This document shows positions 19,287 to 20,000 of a stretch of DNA of 20,000 nt, piece after piece. Both the position numbers and the translations under genes were made by a program. The stretch comes from Chiloscyllium plagiosum (Eukaryota), in assembly GCF_004010195.1 (NCBI RefSeq), contig NC_057749.1, forward strand, positions 26,595,152-26,615,151. Reading direction: 5' to 3'. Numbering within the stretch: the stretch's first letter is position 1; every line of letters starts with the position of its first letter. The notes beneath the pieces are model-generated. The model was not told the DNA's origin, did not search any database, and saw only the letters and a program-made list of their open reading frames with translations.

Positions 19287-20000
19287 TGTTAAGACGGACC
19301 CGGGGGTCCCGTCTTTGCGTGTTCTTTCGGAAGGAGAGACTCACACTGGCAACTATGGTTAGACGCAGACAGCAGTTTATTCACAGAATCTTAACTGGTA
19401 CAACGAATCTACAAGCATGCATTCGTTGGAGAAGGTGTTCTCCCTTCTCGTTCAAACTTGACACAATTATACCTCGCGCTGCCTGGAGTCCCCGGTCAGT
19501 TCGCCTTCCCCATTGGTCCATTCATCTGCGCGCGCTGGGGATCCGTCCTCCTATTGGCCGCATCGAAGTGCCTGTCCAGCTCCTGCTGTGCTTGACAATG
19601 ACTCAGCCATCCCCGGGAGCGGTTCCAATCCCGTATTCAATAGTTCATTGTTTCAAGGAATTACTATGCATCTGACAGGCTAGCCATTTTCAATAGTTTC
19701 AGTTTAACTAAATTGACAATTACACTTACCAACTTTAGACTTAAATAGAGCCATTCACACTCAATAGTTACAGGTTCCGATAGAGCAATTCACACTTGTC
19801 TGACAGTTAAGATTCCGATCGGTTTCTTTATTAATCCCGAGTTTCGATGGGGCAATTGATACTGGCTGGTATTTACAGGCTCCAAGATTTAATTAACATT
19901 ATGCATATCCCTTACAAGCTCCAGCAGTCATGCAATCGCCTGCAGCAGCTCGCTTGGCTGTTGTTAACCATTTCAGGGCTAGAAGTGTCTGTTGCAGAAC
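19287..20000 (-). mobile_element. CpG-rich LTR-like element; distal end unresolved
   Basis: Starts abruptly with TGTTAA inside a CR1 tail. On the minus strand the order is CCAAT (19553-57, 19512-16), TATAAT (19466-71), AATAAA (19376-81), then terminal CA, which is the U3-R-U5 order. AP-1 site at 19599-605; imperfect direct repeats at about 19745-19819. Confidence 0.65.

Noticed and set aside
19286..19675. 129-aa ORF as a gene
   Set aside because: GTG start, no recognisable domain, and it coincides with the GC-rich LTR-like sequence.

Overview
This is repeat-rich eukaryotic DNA from a cartilaginous fish, probably a shark (inferred from HE1/V-SINEs and HER1/CR1-type LINE debris). It contains one real protein-coding gene, which the ORF track captures only in part: pth2, the TIP39 precursor, on the + strand. 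Coding exon A (ATG 12225..12331) encodes a signal peptide. It splices through a phase-2 GT-AG intron to coding exon B (13547..14015), giving a 191-aa prepropeptide that ends in KR followed by a 38-residue TIP39-like peptide. A candidate promoter (CRE-like site, TATA box, initiator) and a short first exon lie at about 8534-8660. Most of the rest is degraded LINE and SINE sequence. Less obvious features include several short Penelope-type elements carrying minimal hammerhead-ribozyme motifs (two with intact cores, inverted on either side of the coding exons), a cryptic 15-bp-period TTAA-rich array beside a perfect CRE, 24-bp and 38-bp tandem repeats, and a CpG-rich LTR-like element at the right edge. 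All family and gene assignments come from recognition and manual translation; no searches were run.
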